In this document: positions 11,301 through 25,548 of the stretch, one piece after another
Layout of the letters: every line of letters begins with the position of its first letter
How positions within the stretch are numbered: the first letter of the stretch is position 1
Assembly (NCBI GenBank): GCA_951406725.2
Contig: OX597834.1
Location: forward strand, 310,001-374,000
Origin: Octopus vulgaris
Lineage: Eukaryota
DNA length: 64,000 nucleotides
Direction: 5' to 3'
Translations under genes and position numbers: made by a program
Notes under the pieces: model-generated
Database searches by the model: none
What the model saw: only the letters and a program-made list of their open reading frames with translations
Told to the model about the DNA's origin: nothing

Positions 11301-13445
11301 TAGAAAGGAGAATGAAAGAGAATTGGAGTCTGTAATATAATTAGTGTTAGATAACGAATGGAGAAGACAAGAGAATAAATGTGTTGTGTACGAGAGCATG
11401 TAATAAAAGCAATATCATATATAAATAATGGGACAGGGTGAAGTGTGTGTGTGGTGGGGGATGGTGGTGTAGAGCAACATCTGGTTGACAGAGAGTAGCT
11501 TGGTATTGCAACCAGTGAACTAGGTTGTCGATCAATGGTTGCCAGGTGACAGAGCGTTGATATATGCACACAGTATCAAAGAGCACCAGTGTAAACAGAT
11601 GCTAGTAGTGCAGCACCTCTACTGGCATCTAGCTGTATATTAGCAGCACTTTACAAATATTGCAGTCGCAACACTTTGACGGTAAATACTGACGGCTGCT
11701 ACAGTCAACTTCAACAAAAGCCTGTAAAGCTATTTGCTTGGAAAGAGAATCATGTTAAACCTTAATATTTAACCCCTATTTACAGTATTCAACCTTTTTT
11801 GTTGTTATAACGGATATTGAAAGCATCAGGAGTAATCAATTCCATATTTATGTATATATTAAGTGATGTGTATACATGAATATATAGTAGTATGTATGTG
11901 AAGGAAGACTTAAGTCTCTGCTACAATAATGTCTCCACTCACACACACAGCCACATACATTAGCAGATCTTGAGAGAAGAGGCAGACTTAATAAGTATCG
12001 TTTTCAAATCACTTGATGTAGATTTGTGATTTAGTCAAATAGATTTTAAAGTCACTGAACACACTTCTCAAGCAGACTTCTTCTGCTGGTGAAGCTAAAT
12101 CATTAAATATACTTGTACATTAATTAATATCAAAATTAAGAATGTCGGACATAATTCTTAATAAAATTGCAGATTGTATTTATTTAAGTCATCTTCACAA
12201 CTACAGGCTTGAAACAAATGAGACAAACAATAAATATCACTTCAATAAATGAAGGAGAAAATGTTTATTTTTTCAGCAAACTAGATTTATAATGAAAGTT
12301 TTCTGGATTTGCTAATTACAATGTTGATGTAAAGGTTAACTTAACCTCCAAGTTAGCAGATTCTTTGTTTCATGCTTTAAAAGATGAAGTGCCACCCTCC
12401 CAGCATCTCCAAAATTATTCCTGAGACGGGTAGGAAGGAAGCTATCTCAGACAGTGACAGAATCAATTCTGCTGCAAAAAGTACCTAAATACCCATTGGT
12501 TGCATTCAATCAAGTGATGACTTCACTTAAAAGACTTTCATTGGCCTTAAGGCTATAAAAGTTGGGGCAAAAACCTCAAGCATGTAGGTGTGGACTTCTT
12601 AACCCCACAACCATACTCAGAAAAAAAAAAAAGAAAGAAACTCTTAACTTGAAGAACATGGCAAGAATCTGACTTTCTTTTCATGTCAAATTCCTGTTAG
12701 AATGGAGTGAAGAGACGGGGAAAAAACCTGTATTTCTTTTATCAGCCAGAAGTTTGAATTTAAATGTATTTTATTATTGGGGATTAATAAGAAGTGAAAG
12801 CTTTAATTAATATCTGATGTTAATTATCACTGAGTATGTCTTGTATAAGAGGAAGTCACACTGCTGTTACACAAAGTGTTCAACTTTAACCCTAGTTCAA
12901 CCCTGGTATTACATCCATACCCATCACATTGTTTAGGGGGTCTTCTTGACTACTTTATACCTTACATATGTACTTTTCCATTTCTTAAAAAACTAGAGAC
13001 AGAGGATGGGATTAGAGAGGGATTTAATTACTATTGCTTGTAGGTTGAGTTACTACCTAGAGGCTCCCTTATTGGCACGTTGTTTAGCCCCAGGTCAGCT
13101 CTGATCTTGATCGCACAGATTTATGAGAATGACATTCCAAGCATGTCCATGTCTAAGACTGCATTAGACAATGTATACTTTTTTTTAAATGACAGTAGGT
13201 GTAATTTGAAGGAGATTTGACTGCTATTTTCCCCAGGTTAAATGACCATGTACAGGCTCCCTTGTTTATTCATAATAATTGATGGAATAAGTGGAAGGAG
13301 AGAAAGAGAGTGAGAGAGAAGTGTGTGTGTCTGCATGTGTGTGTAATTGTGTGTGTGTGTGGGGGGGTATGTGTACCACATGCATATGTTTGTGTGCATG
13401 TATACATCTGTAGATATGTATGTATACATGTGTGTGTATGTGTGT

Positions 13446-13514
<69 letters not shown>

Positions 13515-15539
13515 TGACTGTGCAAATCTATGTACATGTGAGTGTGTATGAGTAGTGTCAGGCTAACATAGCTGACATTTCCTCTCCAACCACAATAAAA
13601 GACTAATTGTAACAGGTTCAGAAAGATAATGATCAGAATATAGAAAATGTTAAAATATTTTCATCCACAAATATCAGATTTCCATTCGTATAATTCCCAT
13701 ATCCCACCCACCCCGTCTCAATATTGTACAAATGTGTTTTAGATGCTGGCCTCTACATCCACAACTGACCCTGATGCTGTAGAGGCCAGCATCATAAACT
13801 GTTTAAAATTCATAATTTATCAAACTTTCAACAGACTAATGCTGCAACTGGACTGCAGTCATCTTGGGGCAGTGCCTTCCTTAAAAGTTTAACCAATCAA
13901 TCATATATTTAATTCAACCTGCTTGTTTATTGATCTTGTATATAAGTTTAAGGTAAATATTATTCATAAATTTATTGTTCTGCTTTATTCCATAATAAAA
14001 ACCAGTGACCTTTTCCTAATAAACTCATCCCAAACCTCCTTAGGCCTCTAATGCATTCACTTTCTTCTTCGTATGATCTTAGGTTTCACCTTCAGCCCAC
14101 TGATCTCTTTATTTTAATCTATTTTAAACATGGCATTCACACCAAAATATATTACAACTAAAGCTCTCTCTCTCCCTCTCTTCTACCTTTCAACACCTCA
14201 CCATCTCAAATATAATCCTCTGTAATAAGCAGCTATCAAATGAAAAACGTTTGCCTTACAAACTTTCTCTTCTCTTTCACTTTTATATTGTTATTTAACC
14301 CTGTCTCTCTCCCCACCCACATACATCTACACATATATTATAAATCAAATATAAACCAAATCTAATACAAGTAAAACTAGCAACAGAAAACTCCTCCTTA
14401 ATGAAATGTCCAACTCCTGTTTCCTACTTCCCTCCAACACGTCCCATACCTTCTCCATTTCCTAAGAACATATTTATTTACTTATTCTGTGACTCAATCT
14501 CATTTCACATTTGTTCAATGAGGTCAACAGGTTGAAACATGCAGCGGTTTGTTGCGAATCATTCAATTTCACAAATAAACATTTATTGTGGGTGACTTTG
14601 TGACTTTATGACGTCTGACATCCTTTATTAACAGGGTAACTAAAAACAGCATTAATAATACCCAAGCTATGCTATATGTGAGTGTATGTCAATCTATGTA
14701 CTGCAGCCTTCTTTCACCAGCAACTATGATCTCAGAGCACATCTCATGTTCTCACATCTCTGTGGTGTCAGGCAGACACACCCCTCCCCACCACCACTCG
14801 GCCCAGCCATTCCTTCAACCAGCAGAATATCAACAATGTGGGACAATTGGAGGCAGAAAGGGTTGCACCAGCACCACTTGGTTGGTCCTCATTTACAACT
14901 GAAGAGACTGGAGCAATGGGAAATGAAAAGCCTTGCTCAAGGATACAACACCTTGCCAAATCCAAAACACAAACCCCACCCCACTGGTCAACAGCCCAAC
15001 CCCCCACCCACAAAACCAGCTGTAGTATGACTGGTCAAGAAGTTTACTTTACAACCATGAGATTCCAGGTTCAGTCTCACAGTATAGCACCTTGTGACTT
15101 AGGCTGACCCCATGTCTTGTGAGTAATATTGGGGAGATGGAAACTGAAGAGAAGCCTGTCGGATGAATAGTATCTGGAATTCAAAAGGACTGGCCTTGTT
15201 ACACATGGGTATCATGGTGATCCTGCTTGGGAGTTATGTTAAGGGTACATAGGTCTGTGGAGTACTCAGCCACTTACAGATATTATTCAATGAGAATAGA
15301 ATTCAGTAAAACGAACAACTGCAAAGTTATAATAGAAACTGATGGGGGACCATCCACACATATTTTATAAATGTACGTATAACTGTATGCGTGCCTGGAT
15401 GGATGGATAGATAAATGAATAGATAGATTAGATAGATAAATAGATAAATAGACAGACAGCCAGACAAATAGATACACACACATCTATAGATATAAAACTC
15501 AACTTGTGTGTCTGTGTGTGTGTCTGTGTGTTTAACTTC

Positions 15540-16084
15540 CCGGCACATCTCCTCCTAGCCAACAAATCGTAGAACCACCAAAAATGGGTCACTTAAAGTT
15601 TAGGCAAATGAAAATTGAACTGCACTATTTCTGTTCCAAAATTCATCTCGCAAGTGCAAAAATCGGTAATGTGTTTGTTTAGGCCTTATCCCATGCATTG
15701 AATAGTGAGCTGTTTGATGTGAACAGTCAGCTGTTTGATGTGAACTGTGTTCACCACGCGTGCAAGCATGCGTAAATTGTATGAAAAATAAAAAATCAAG
15801 ATATAAAAACGAATCGCCATAAACATTGAAGAAATTCAGCAAAGAAATGAATTTTCGGGATGTAGCCTGGAGGGTTTTTTCATATTAATCATTTGGACTT
15901 TTGGAACACATACCAATTGTTTTCATAACATTTTTAATGCTTTGAATTAAATGTGACCATTTTGCGTTGAGTCTGCAGTTTGAATCACTTTAATCAAATT
16001 TTAGCAGGCCGTATTTTTATCATCATGATACATCACCAGCGACTCCCTGAAACTTTCCCCTGAAATCCCCGTTGAGAAATACTG
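15540..16084. mobile_element. hAT-like DNA transposon fragment (one terminus)
   Basis: Ends in GTTGAGAAATACTG (16071-16084), similar to hAT/Charlie termini CAGTGTTTCTCAAC. No matching second terminus found; left boundary approximate. Confidence 0.35.
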
Positions 16085-16911
16085 ATCTAAAAGAATAATT
16101 CCACAATGCAATTATTTGATCAACAAAAATTTATGAAACACTTCTACGTACTTCCTATTGAGGAAATGGAACTCATAAGCGCAAAAATAGAGGGCATTAA
16201 ATGCTTGATTTTAAAATCAAAATAATTGAATTTTGATTGAACTTCATCCAAGTTTAGCTTAATTTGCGAGTGCATAGAACGCATGAGCCGGGCAATACTG
16301 CTAGTAAATATATATAAATATGCATATAAACATATATGCATATGTGCATGTGTGTGAGTGATGAGCCTCAGCACATTTTCTGCCAACCCATTTCCACTTG
16401 CAAGATATTGGATAACTCAAAGACATAGTAGGAGACGCTCTATGAGCTGTGCAGTGGAATTGAACCTAGTACTACATGGTTGTAGAGTAAGCTTCCTAAC
16501 CACAAAGCCATTCCAGCATCTGCAACAAAACACAGAATTATCTAATTTGGCAACAGAAATAAAAGCTGTGTGTCTGTAGTGAATTATTAAGTGTTAGATC
16601 TCTGAGGAATCAAATGCCAAAATGGTAAAATAGACTGTAGCAGACATAGAATAGAGGAAATTGTTAGCAGCTCCAGTGTTAAATATAATTAACATTGCAG
16701 AAATTAGAATCAAGTAAAATATATATACTAACGAAGAATGTCTGGACAAAATATATACTAACGAGGAATGTCTGTGATTCTGTTGTCTAATAACCATAAT
16801 GCTTGGCCAACTCATTCTATGACACTCATTATCGTGTCAGAGATTCATATTGTTATATAATTACATCATTATATCAATATAGATCTATTATTATTATGAT
16901 TATTATTATTA

Positions 16912-17452
16912 TTGAGTGAGAGAGCAGTGTATGCCATCAAAGTGACACTGGATTACAAATATATGAAGCCCAGTATACCCATCATGACTACCCGTCTGAT
17001 AAGGGTACACCAGGCGCATGCATCACAACCATATGTGTGCAACATAGTGATCTAATATCAAGACAAACAGCGCATGACCTTGCAGGTGGGGCCCAGTTAG
17101 AATTTTCTTTAGGTCAAGTAGTGTTTCCCAGTCAAAAGGTCTCTGAATAAGGGTTGTTTAAGGATGTTGAATGAAACACTGATGTTTCCAAAGGTGAATT
17201 ATCCAAACCTGAAAGAATTCCTCTCAGCATATGGCTGTAATGCTCCCCCAACAACTTCTGCTCGTGATCAGAGATGCACATATCGTCAGCCACTAAGGGA
17301 CTTGCTCAACTGGTTATGGTCAAACAACTGACAAGCAAATCTGTGGTTTTGAGCAGAATATTTGCTGTAGCCCATCTTTCATGCCAAGACAAAACAATAT
17401 ACATGATAACACTTCCAATCAGTTCAGATCAAAAGCCTTGAGTGCCAGTGCA
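16912..17452 (-). mobile_element. About 550-bp interspersed repeat with (TAA)n tail, copy 1
   Basis: Colinear with 62480-63036 (ttgagtgagagagcagtg...atcagtt.agatca.aa); both copies abut (TTA)n at the same end. Confidence 0.85.
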
Positions 17453-19282
17453 TCATCATCATCACAGCATGATGATGATGATGATGCTGTATTGTTGTTA
17501 TAGATTTATAAAATAAATTCTTTGGAGATTTCATTTGAAGAATTAAGACTAGAAATGTAGGACCAGATAATGGACTTATCATCATATATCCTGTTCAACT
17601 GTTTCAGTGTCCTTCAGAGATAAAGATACTTGGGGATCACTGCTGTTCACAGAAACACTGCTAACTTTGGGGTTTCAACTCTTAATATAAGAATAGCATC
17701 AAGAAGGTTCAGTTGTAGTCTCTTGCAAGAAGAAACTTAGGAAGCAATATTGGAGTCAATCAAATTGATTCCAATATTCAACTGGTACTTTGTTGCAGGT
17801 TTTATAGCCTCACAAGCTGGATGGTGCCCCCACTAATACTGGTGGCATGAAAAAAGTACCCAGTCCATGCTGTAAGGTAGTTGGCATTAAAAAGGGCATC
17901 CAGTTGTAGAGGCCTTACCAAAGCAGACACTGGAGCAATACTTGGGCTCATCGGATTCTGTCGGACAGTCCAACCCATGCCTGCAAATGGTAATCTTCAA
18001 CTACACAAAGAAAGGAATTATATTTCAGTCCAGTCACAAGCAATTTCACTGGTAGGTCATTTCAAAAAAATACAATCAAAGAATTACTACAATACATACT
18101 ACTACTGCTACTTGTACAACAAACACACATCAGCAGAAACAGATACCTATTTGAAAATGAAACTGGAAGAACCTTAATTTCAAGTGAAGAATGCAAGAAA
18201 AACCACAGCCATCACTCAACAGTCAGTACAACTAAAAACTAAGGTCTTACTAAGTGTCTCAGGTATCTATATAGATGAGAGAAGCTCTCCTACCTTTAAC
18301 CCAGTCATACTAGTCAGTGGTGGCCATAGGCATGGCTTCGTTCTGATGGCCAAATAGATAAAAAAAATGAAAAGGCTGCACTGAGGAGGGTTAAAAAGAC
18401 TAAAACATGTTTACAGTTATCTCCCATCCCAGAATAAATGAGAGCCACTGAAGTAATGTTTTCTTCTCACAATATAATGTTAAATAATTAATTTGATGAT
18501 TTATTTCTTTACCATGTTAATTATGAGGATACTAACTATACTAATAGAAATACAAATTGGAAATGACCCCTAATTCTGGTTATCAGTCAATGTCTACAAA
18601 AATCTGCATCTTCATCAAAACCAATTTCAAAGTCAATGAAATGAAGACATCATCATCATTATCACCAGAGTTGTCAATTAAAACTAATCCTTCTTAACAT
18701 GAATGTTTCGTTCTTGGAATCTGTCCACAAACAACCATTAACTTTTTTCTAGCATTATCTTATTTAATCTCTTTCCAATCTGAACAAGACTGTGGCTGTC
18801 AGAAGACAAGGGATCAGCTTACATTTTTAATTTTAATACATGGATTATTGTCAAGGTGACAGTAAGTGGACGATAGAAAAAAGTCCTTTTGGACACAAAG
18901 GATTCTTCAATCTTTTTTTCCCTAACAATTATGGAAGAGTTTTAAACCTTTAAAATATCTTAATAAAAAAGGAGAACAGTTGTAGGTGAAAAAGATTCGA
19001 AGCCTAAGGGAGACACATTATTGATCATATCTTTTATGATGCAACCAATTATTTTAGATTTCAGATGTTCAAATTCATTTAGTCCTTGATTTTTACGTCC
19101 ATTTGTTTAACACATGTTGGCATGGGTGACACAAACAGGCTTTTGAGGGATTGTTTTATAGCCAAATGCTTTTCCTCATGCTAACCCTTATCACCTCTCT
19201 CGGATAAGGTATTTCTTATCGTACATGGCTTCAAAGGCAACAAGTAAGCAGATAGATTAAGTGGTGGGGGCGGTGGCGGTGG

Positions 19283-19317
<35 letters not shown>

Positions 19318-19745
19318 ACAACAACAACAGCACTTGTATGATTTTCTGCACACAACAAGCTTCTTTTCAGTTTCCCATCTATCAAATCTACTCATAAGGC
19401 TTTGGTTTGCCGAGGGTCATAGCACAAGCCTCTTGCCCAAGGTGACACACAAAGGGACTGGAACAGAAACCTTGTGGTTAGGTTTCCAACCTCACTTGCA
19501 TGTCTTATGTTCTCACAAAGTATTCTGTAATGTTGTGACATTATGAGTGACAATTATAGGACGATTAATTACATTAATCTAACGACTAAATAAGAGAAAA
19601 CAGCCAAATTAGGGGCCAGAGAATCCAATAAGAAAAAGATTGTTACTGAATTGATTTGGCCCCAAAAGTAACATTTACACCTTCGTAGGAATCAAACAAT
19701 TCCCTGTAAACATATATATCAACAATATACAGACATGCATGCATG

Positions 19746-19777
<32 letters not shown>

Positions 19778-20224
19778 TATATATCCTCATTTCTGTAGAA
19801 GAGTTTTCCTTTTATACCATATATGTACGCGTATGTGTGGTATATAACCCCACCACACACACACAGGGTAAGAGTATTTGGATAATACCAAGATAAAAGA
19901 TTTGTTATTTTTCATATATTTCATTGCCAATATCTTTGACATTAATATAATCCTATAAAACTGAGCAAACCAGTACCACATACACAACCTAGAAAAGGAC
20001 AAAGGAATTCCTTGCTTGTGGGTGGAATTTCACCTGCATTCAAATTTGAAATCACTCATTGAAAATAACATAAAAATCGTCCATGAAAGAAATGGCTTAA
20101 ACTTTCAGACCTACAAGAGTAAATTTCATATATTTATGAATCTGTGAAATTAAAGATTTGTTATTTTACACAGAGCAGGTATCCGTAAAGGATGAAGTTA
20201 TTCTCAAACCAGCTACATTATATG

Positions 20225-20275
<51 letters not shown>

Positions 20276-20284
20276 AGATAGATA

Positions 20285-20583
20285 TAGGCAAATCAAAATT
20301 AAAAACAAAAACAGGAAAAAATTATGAAAGTCAAAAGGACATACACAGTGAATATATTATATTGATGTTGAGAGAAAGCTTAAGATGGAAACAAAGGGAT
20401 GTGACATTTTGAGCATGGCTCTTCATCAGAAAGAGGAAAAAGTCCGAAGGGAAGGAGACAAGTAGTCTGAGAAAAGCATGTGTCTTGTAACACGGCTGAC
20501 AAAGAACTGTACGTGTGTGTATATATAAATATATTGTCATTTAACATCCACTTTCCTTGCTGGTATGGATTGGAGAAATACAC

Positions 20584-20635
<52 letters not shown>

Positions 20636-21290
20636 ATAAAGGGGATAGAAAGAATTTTTCTAGCCTTTATGCTGAAAATGGAATTCCAAATTCTCTCACC
20701 ACTTACAAAATCACAAATTTACACGCATGCTGAAATCAAAGTAGCAAGCTAACTGAAATTAATAACAATATAGATAGCCCTGAATTAGCTAATTTCTGGA
20801 TTTGCCCAATGGCTTTTCCTTCTTCAGCAAGGCACACATACAGGAAATATTTATTTCCTGTATGTGAGCCTTGTTGAAGAAAGAAAAGCCATTGGCAAAT
20901 ACAGAAATAGGTTAATCCAGGGCTATCTGTATTATTAATTTCTGTTAGCTTGTTACTTTGATTTCAATATGTGTGTAAATTTGCGATTTCTTCCTATGCC
21001 CTTAATTATAATTATATATATAATTTCACCTTAATTGAGTCTTTTTATATGCTGGCCGCTGATGAAATTGTTTTTTTTAAATTTTATCCTTTGTTATTGT
21101 AATTGAAAAATATATTTCAGCTGTGTAACATGTTTCTCTTGGACTATCTCCTCTTTTCTCTTTGTGATGAAGAGCCATGCTTCAAACATCATCCATCCCC
21201 TTCTTTTGGCCATCTTAAACTTTCTCTGAGCATCAATATGATATATTCACTGTGTACATTCTTCTGAATTTTGTTTTTAATTTTTTTTTC
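20285..21290. repeat. Nested inverted repeats: outer Penelope-like terminal fragments and an inner 280-bp fold-back
   Basis: About 20290-20510 is a diverged reverse complement of about 21115-21290; both carry (C/G)TGATGAAGAGCCATGCT. Inner arms 20708-20849 and 20852-20989 pair at roughly 85% identity by eye. Confidence 0.85.
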
Positions 21291-21534
21291 CCATATATAT
21301 ATATACACTCACACAGAGTTTGCTCTTTAGGATATTTCCTTCATCAGCTGTCAACAGGTGATCTTGATATCTGCCACTACCACACCCTCCAGCACCAACC
21401 AACCAACCAACCAGCCAGCCAATACTGATACCACTACAGGATCCCTGTGACCCTACACAATAGCAATTTTCTCTCCCTCTCTTGTTACCCTTTCAATAAC
21501 CAAACAAGGATGGTTTGTTAATAATTTAAATTAG

Positions 21535-22470
21535 TTACAGGAATTCAAAAGTGGGTGCTCATGGGAACTGCTATATGCTGATGACTTGTTCTTATTGCAG
21601 AATCTTTAGCAGAATAGGAGAAGAAATTCCAGGCATGGAAACAAAACCTGGAATCAAAGGCCCTTAAAGTTAACCTAGTTAAGACCAAAGATGTTGTTAG
21701 TAAGAAAGAAGATAAAACTCTTTCCATCAGGTAAATGGCCCTGCTCAGTATGTAGGAAAGGAGTTGGAAGAAATTCCATTCACTGCGTCCAGTGTAATCT
21801 ATGGACACAGAAGCGGTGCAGTAGAATCACAGGTAGATTTGTAGACAAAGTCATCTTTGTATGTGGCAGATTTGCAGGAACAATAAGCACTAAGAGCACA
21901 CGGGACTTAGATTCTCTCAAATGCCCAGGAGGCTCTCTACAGGTTGTAGTTTCTGTTACCTAGGTGACCAAATTAGCAGTGGTGGAGGATGCTCTGAAAA
22001 TATTGTTTTTAGAATAAGAATTGGGTGGAGGAAGTCCTGAGAGCATCAAAAGGACTCTCTCTCAGAGTGAAAGGTAGACTATATGATGCTTGTGTGTGAA
22101 CGGCTATACTCCATGGTAGTGAGACAGGGGCTTTGAATGCAGAAGATATTCGTAGACTGGAGAGAAATGAAGGTAGTTCTGCTCCATTGGATGTGCAACA
22201 TCAGTGTGCATGACCGACAAAGTGCAAATGGATTGAGAGAAAATGTATTGGGCATAAGAAGAATCAAATGTAGCATGCAAGAGGACAGCTGCATAAAGAA
22301 GTGCTGATAACTGAAAGTAGATGGTACCCACAGAAGAAGGAGACCCAGGAAGACATGGAATGAAGTGGTAAGGACCGATCTCAGGATGTTGGGCCTCATG
22401 GAGGAAATGACAATGGACAAAGATGTCTGGCAATATGAAGTTCTAGAGAAGACCCACCCACAACAGTGAA
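21535..22470 (+). mobile_element. 5'-truncated, degenerate RTE-clade LINE (RT C-terminal half to 3' end)
   Basis: EFKSGCSWELLYADDLVLIAES...LKVNLVKTK, a Cys-rich segment GKWPCSVCRKGVGRNSIHCVQCNLWTQKRC...FVCGR, CYLGDQISSGGGC, and RRRPRKTWNEVV. Multiple stops and frameshifts. Confidence 0.9.
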
Positions 22471-25442
22471 ACTGAGTTCTAGAAGCGCTGTGAGTCCCAC
22501 CCACACTTAACAAGAAACCGTCTCACACACACTATCACAACAAACCAAACTACATCTCTTCTGGAGTAAAGATTATTTGCCAACTTAACATGGCAGTCGT
22601 GGTTTAGGATGAATGTTGCTGTAATTTAGTACTGTTGCTGAATAACTCTTGTTGTGAGATTTGCAAATAGTAATTTTCTAATACATCTCTTCTCTTCCTC
22701 ACATTTCCCCCTTCATGCACTTGGTTTACCTCCCACTCCCCAATCCTGTCCTCTTGGCCCTGTGCCACTGTATCATTGCTCTTTAATCGCAATATCCTAC
22801 CACTTATATTATGGAGTTCAAACCTCAAGGATATGCCCTGGCATTTACCACCATCTATATCTCTCTCTTCTTTTACTCAACCATCCCATTTATATTCTGA
22901 TCCCTGTCCCTTGTCAGTATGCCCAGCACTTTGCCACCACCCCTATCCCGCTGTCTCCCACTCTCTCTCTCTCTCCCCTCCTTCTCCTGCACTTCCCTCA
23001 GTTTGGGTAACCGTATGTTTCCTTTGCAGCAGTGCACCTGTTTCTATTTCTCTGCCTCATTATAACCTTTCATCATCGAACACAAGAACACCTCCTCCAA
23101 TGCCCCCTCCCCTCTCAAAAGCGGATTTTTTTTCTGTCCTGCAAGTCACTTGGTGGCTCTGTCAGTGCAGGTGCTACTTAAAAACACCCAGTCCACACTG
23201 TAAAGTGGTTGGCATTTGGAAGAGCATCCAACTGTAAAAAACCTTGCCAAAACTGACCTCGCTTGTGCTTGTGCCGTGTAAAAAGCAATAAGTCAACTCT
23301 GCTAAGTGGTTGGTGTTAGGAAGGGTATCCAGCTGTAAAAACCCTGCTAAAACAGTTACAGAAGTCTGATGCAAGCTTCTGCCTGGCCGGCTCTTGTCAA
23401 ACCATTCCACCAATGCCAGCATGGAAGGCAGATGTTAAATGCTGATGATGATGATGAAGAAAATTAAGAAGATGAAGATCAACATTTATGACACTTCCCA
23501 AGATCTACGAGTTGAATGGGAGAAAGTTCACCTCTGACCAGAGTGGACTCTGCTAAAACTGCACAAGCATTAAAACATGTAAAAGATTAACTTTAACACC
23601 CAAGAACAGAATGGCTCCCCCTGGAAGGTTACCATACAATTTCCATTCCGCAAATACCACTCAAACTTTCAAGTCAGTCCACAGCTCTTGTAGGAGACAT
23701 TTGACATGGTGCCACACAGTGTGATTGCACCCGAGACTGACCTTCTTAACTATATGCCTACATCCATGATGTACCCCAGGGTAGTGATTATATTTCACCA
23801 TCATTAACAGTGACACTATAATTAATTCAATCAACAATGACCTTATAATTAATGTATTTATATTCCATTATCATTAGGACACTTTAATTAATGTAATTAT
23901 ATTTGGCCATCATTAACACTAACATAATTAATGTATTTAAAGTTAGTAGTGTTACTATAATTAAATTTTACCATCATTATCAGGGACATTGTAATTAGTG
24001 GCTGTAATTAAACTCTTGATGAAGAGTTCAGCATCCTCATGAAGTGTGATTTACTGTGATTTAAGTGATTGGGTGAGAAGAGAGTGGAATCAATGCCTCC
24101 GGCCATCACAGACCCTCCAAGACCAGTGTCACTAATATGGTTAGCATTTTTGTTTAATAACTGCAGAGAAAGAATTCTAGACATTGTGGAGAGGAAGAAG
24201 GGCTGGATGTTGTGGTTAGTGCAAGCTCTAAGAAGAGCGACACAATATGACAGATGAAAGCCAGCAAGGCAGAAGTACCAGAGTGGAGGTTTTAGGAGGT
24301 TAGCCAGCATTGAGATGCAGAGGCCATTCTTGAAGCAGTAGAAAAAGCAGAGAGACAGAACACAACACACCCATGGGTCAGAGAATGGAGTGTAAAGGTG
24401 AATGACTTCATGTCACACAGTCAAGTAACCTTGGTCTTTCAGATAAATTTGTTCCACATTCACTCCATGGTTATGAAGATTTCCACTAGATTCCCTTGAG
24501 TGGTGAAATGTCTTATGAAATTCTCACAACTGCTTATATACTTGATAACAGAAAACGTTAGGTTTTACAAAAATTCTGTTCTAGTGCCAATGTAGATCAG
24601 GCTTATTGTGTGACTAGTTCAAGTAGATTTGCTGGTATTAAGGGAGTCTAATCGAGAGTTGGATGAAGCTAGTGTAGGTTTGAGGAGGCAACAATGGGAG
24701 CAAAAGAAAAAGAGCCTGTGAATGAAACCTCAGACATTCCCTCACTGCAACACCAAAACTTATCAATATTAACAAACTTTTGTAATTATTACTAAATTTG
24801 TTTAAATCATTACAAAATATTTCAGATATCAAAAAATATTAATTTTATTCATATTTTTACATTAGAAAGATTTTTGAAATTAGGATAACTTTATAAAACG
24901 TTTGAGTAAGCGTTTTTCACTGAACCTATGCAGCCATGATGATTCAATGTTGTGAACAGAAAACTGTTTATTTCCAGTGTTAGACTCCAGGGGAGGGAAA
25001 CAGGTTGAAGCCTGTTGAAACCTGTCAGAAGTATTTTCTTCTGAACCATCAGATGTAAACACTTTCCACTATTATAAAGTGACTCATGGGTTTATTTACA
25101 CATTTTATTGCAGTGAAGAAAGGACAGGGCTGATGGCCCTTTTTCATAGCCTCAATAATGATGGGAGAGAGGATGTTTTGTTAAGACTTGGTCCTAATGA
25201 TTGAAATAGACTGGAAACTGTTGAAGACACAACAACAAGGAAGTTGACAGTGTTAATCCAGGTAACACCAGAGTGGATTACTCTACTACAGGTAGCCAAC
25301 AGCCAGAAATAGAAATAACCCATCAACAGGCTTCCTCACAGTTTCTGTCAATCAAATTTCACAAAGACAGACTTTCCAATGTCAGAGGAAGCAATATGTC
25401 AGTCACATAAATAGAAAACAAGAATACATTGAAGTTACAAAC

Positions 25443-25548
25443 GGTGGCACACATTCAGCTAATACTGGTGGCACACATTCAGCTGATACTGGTGGCACAC
25501 AATCAGCTAATACTGGTGGCACACATTCAGCAAACACTGGTGGCACAC
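25443..25548. repeat. 24-bp minisatellite, about 4.4 copies
   Basis: Unit GGTGGCACACATTCAGCTAATACT repeated head to tail. Confidence 0.92.

Noticed and set aside
25443-25548. Regular 24-bp repeats as a possible CRISPR array
   Set aside because: Head-to-tail units with no unique spacers, no cas genes and a eukaryotic context; an ordinary minisatellite.
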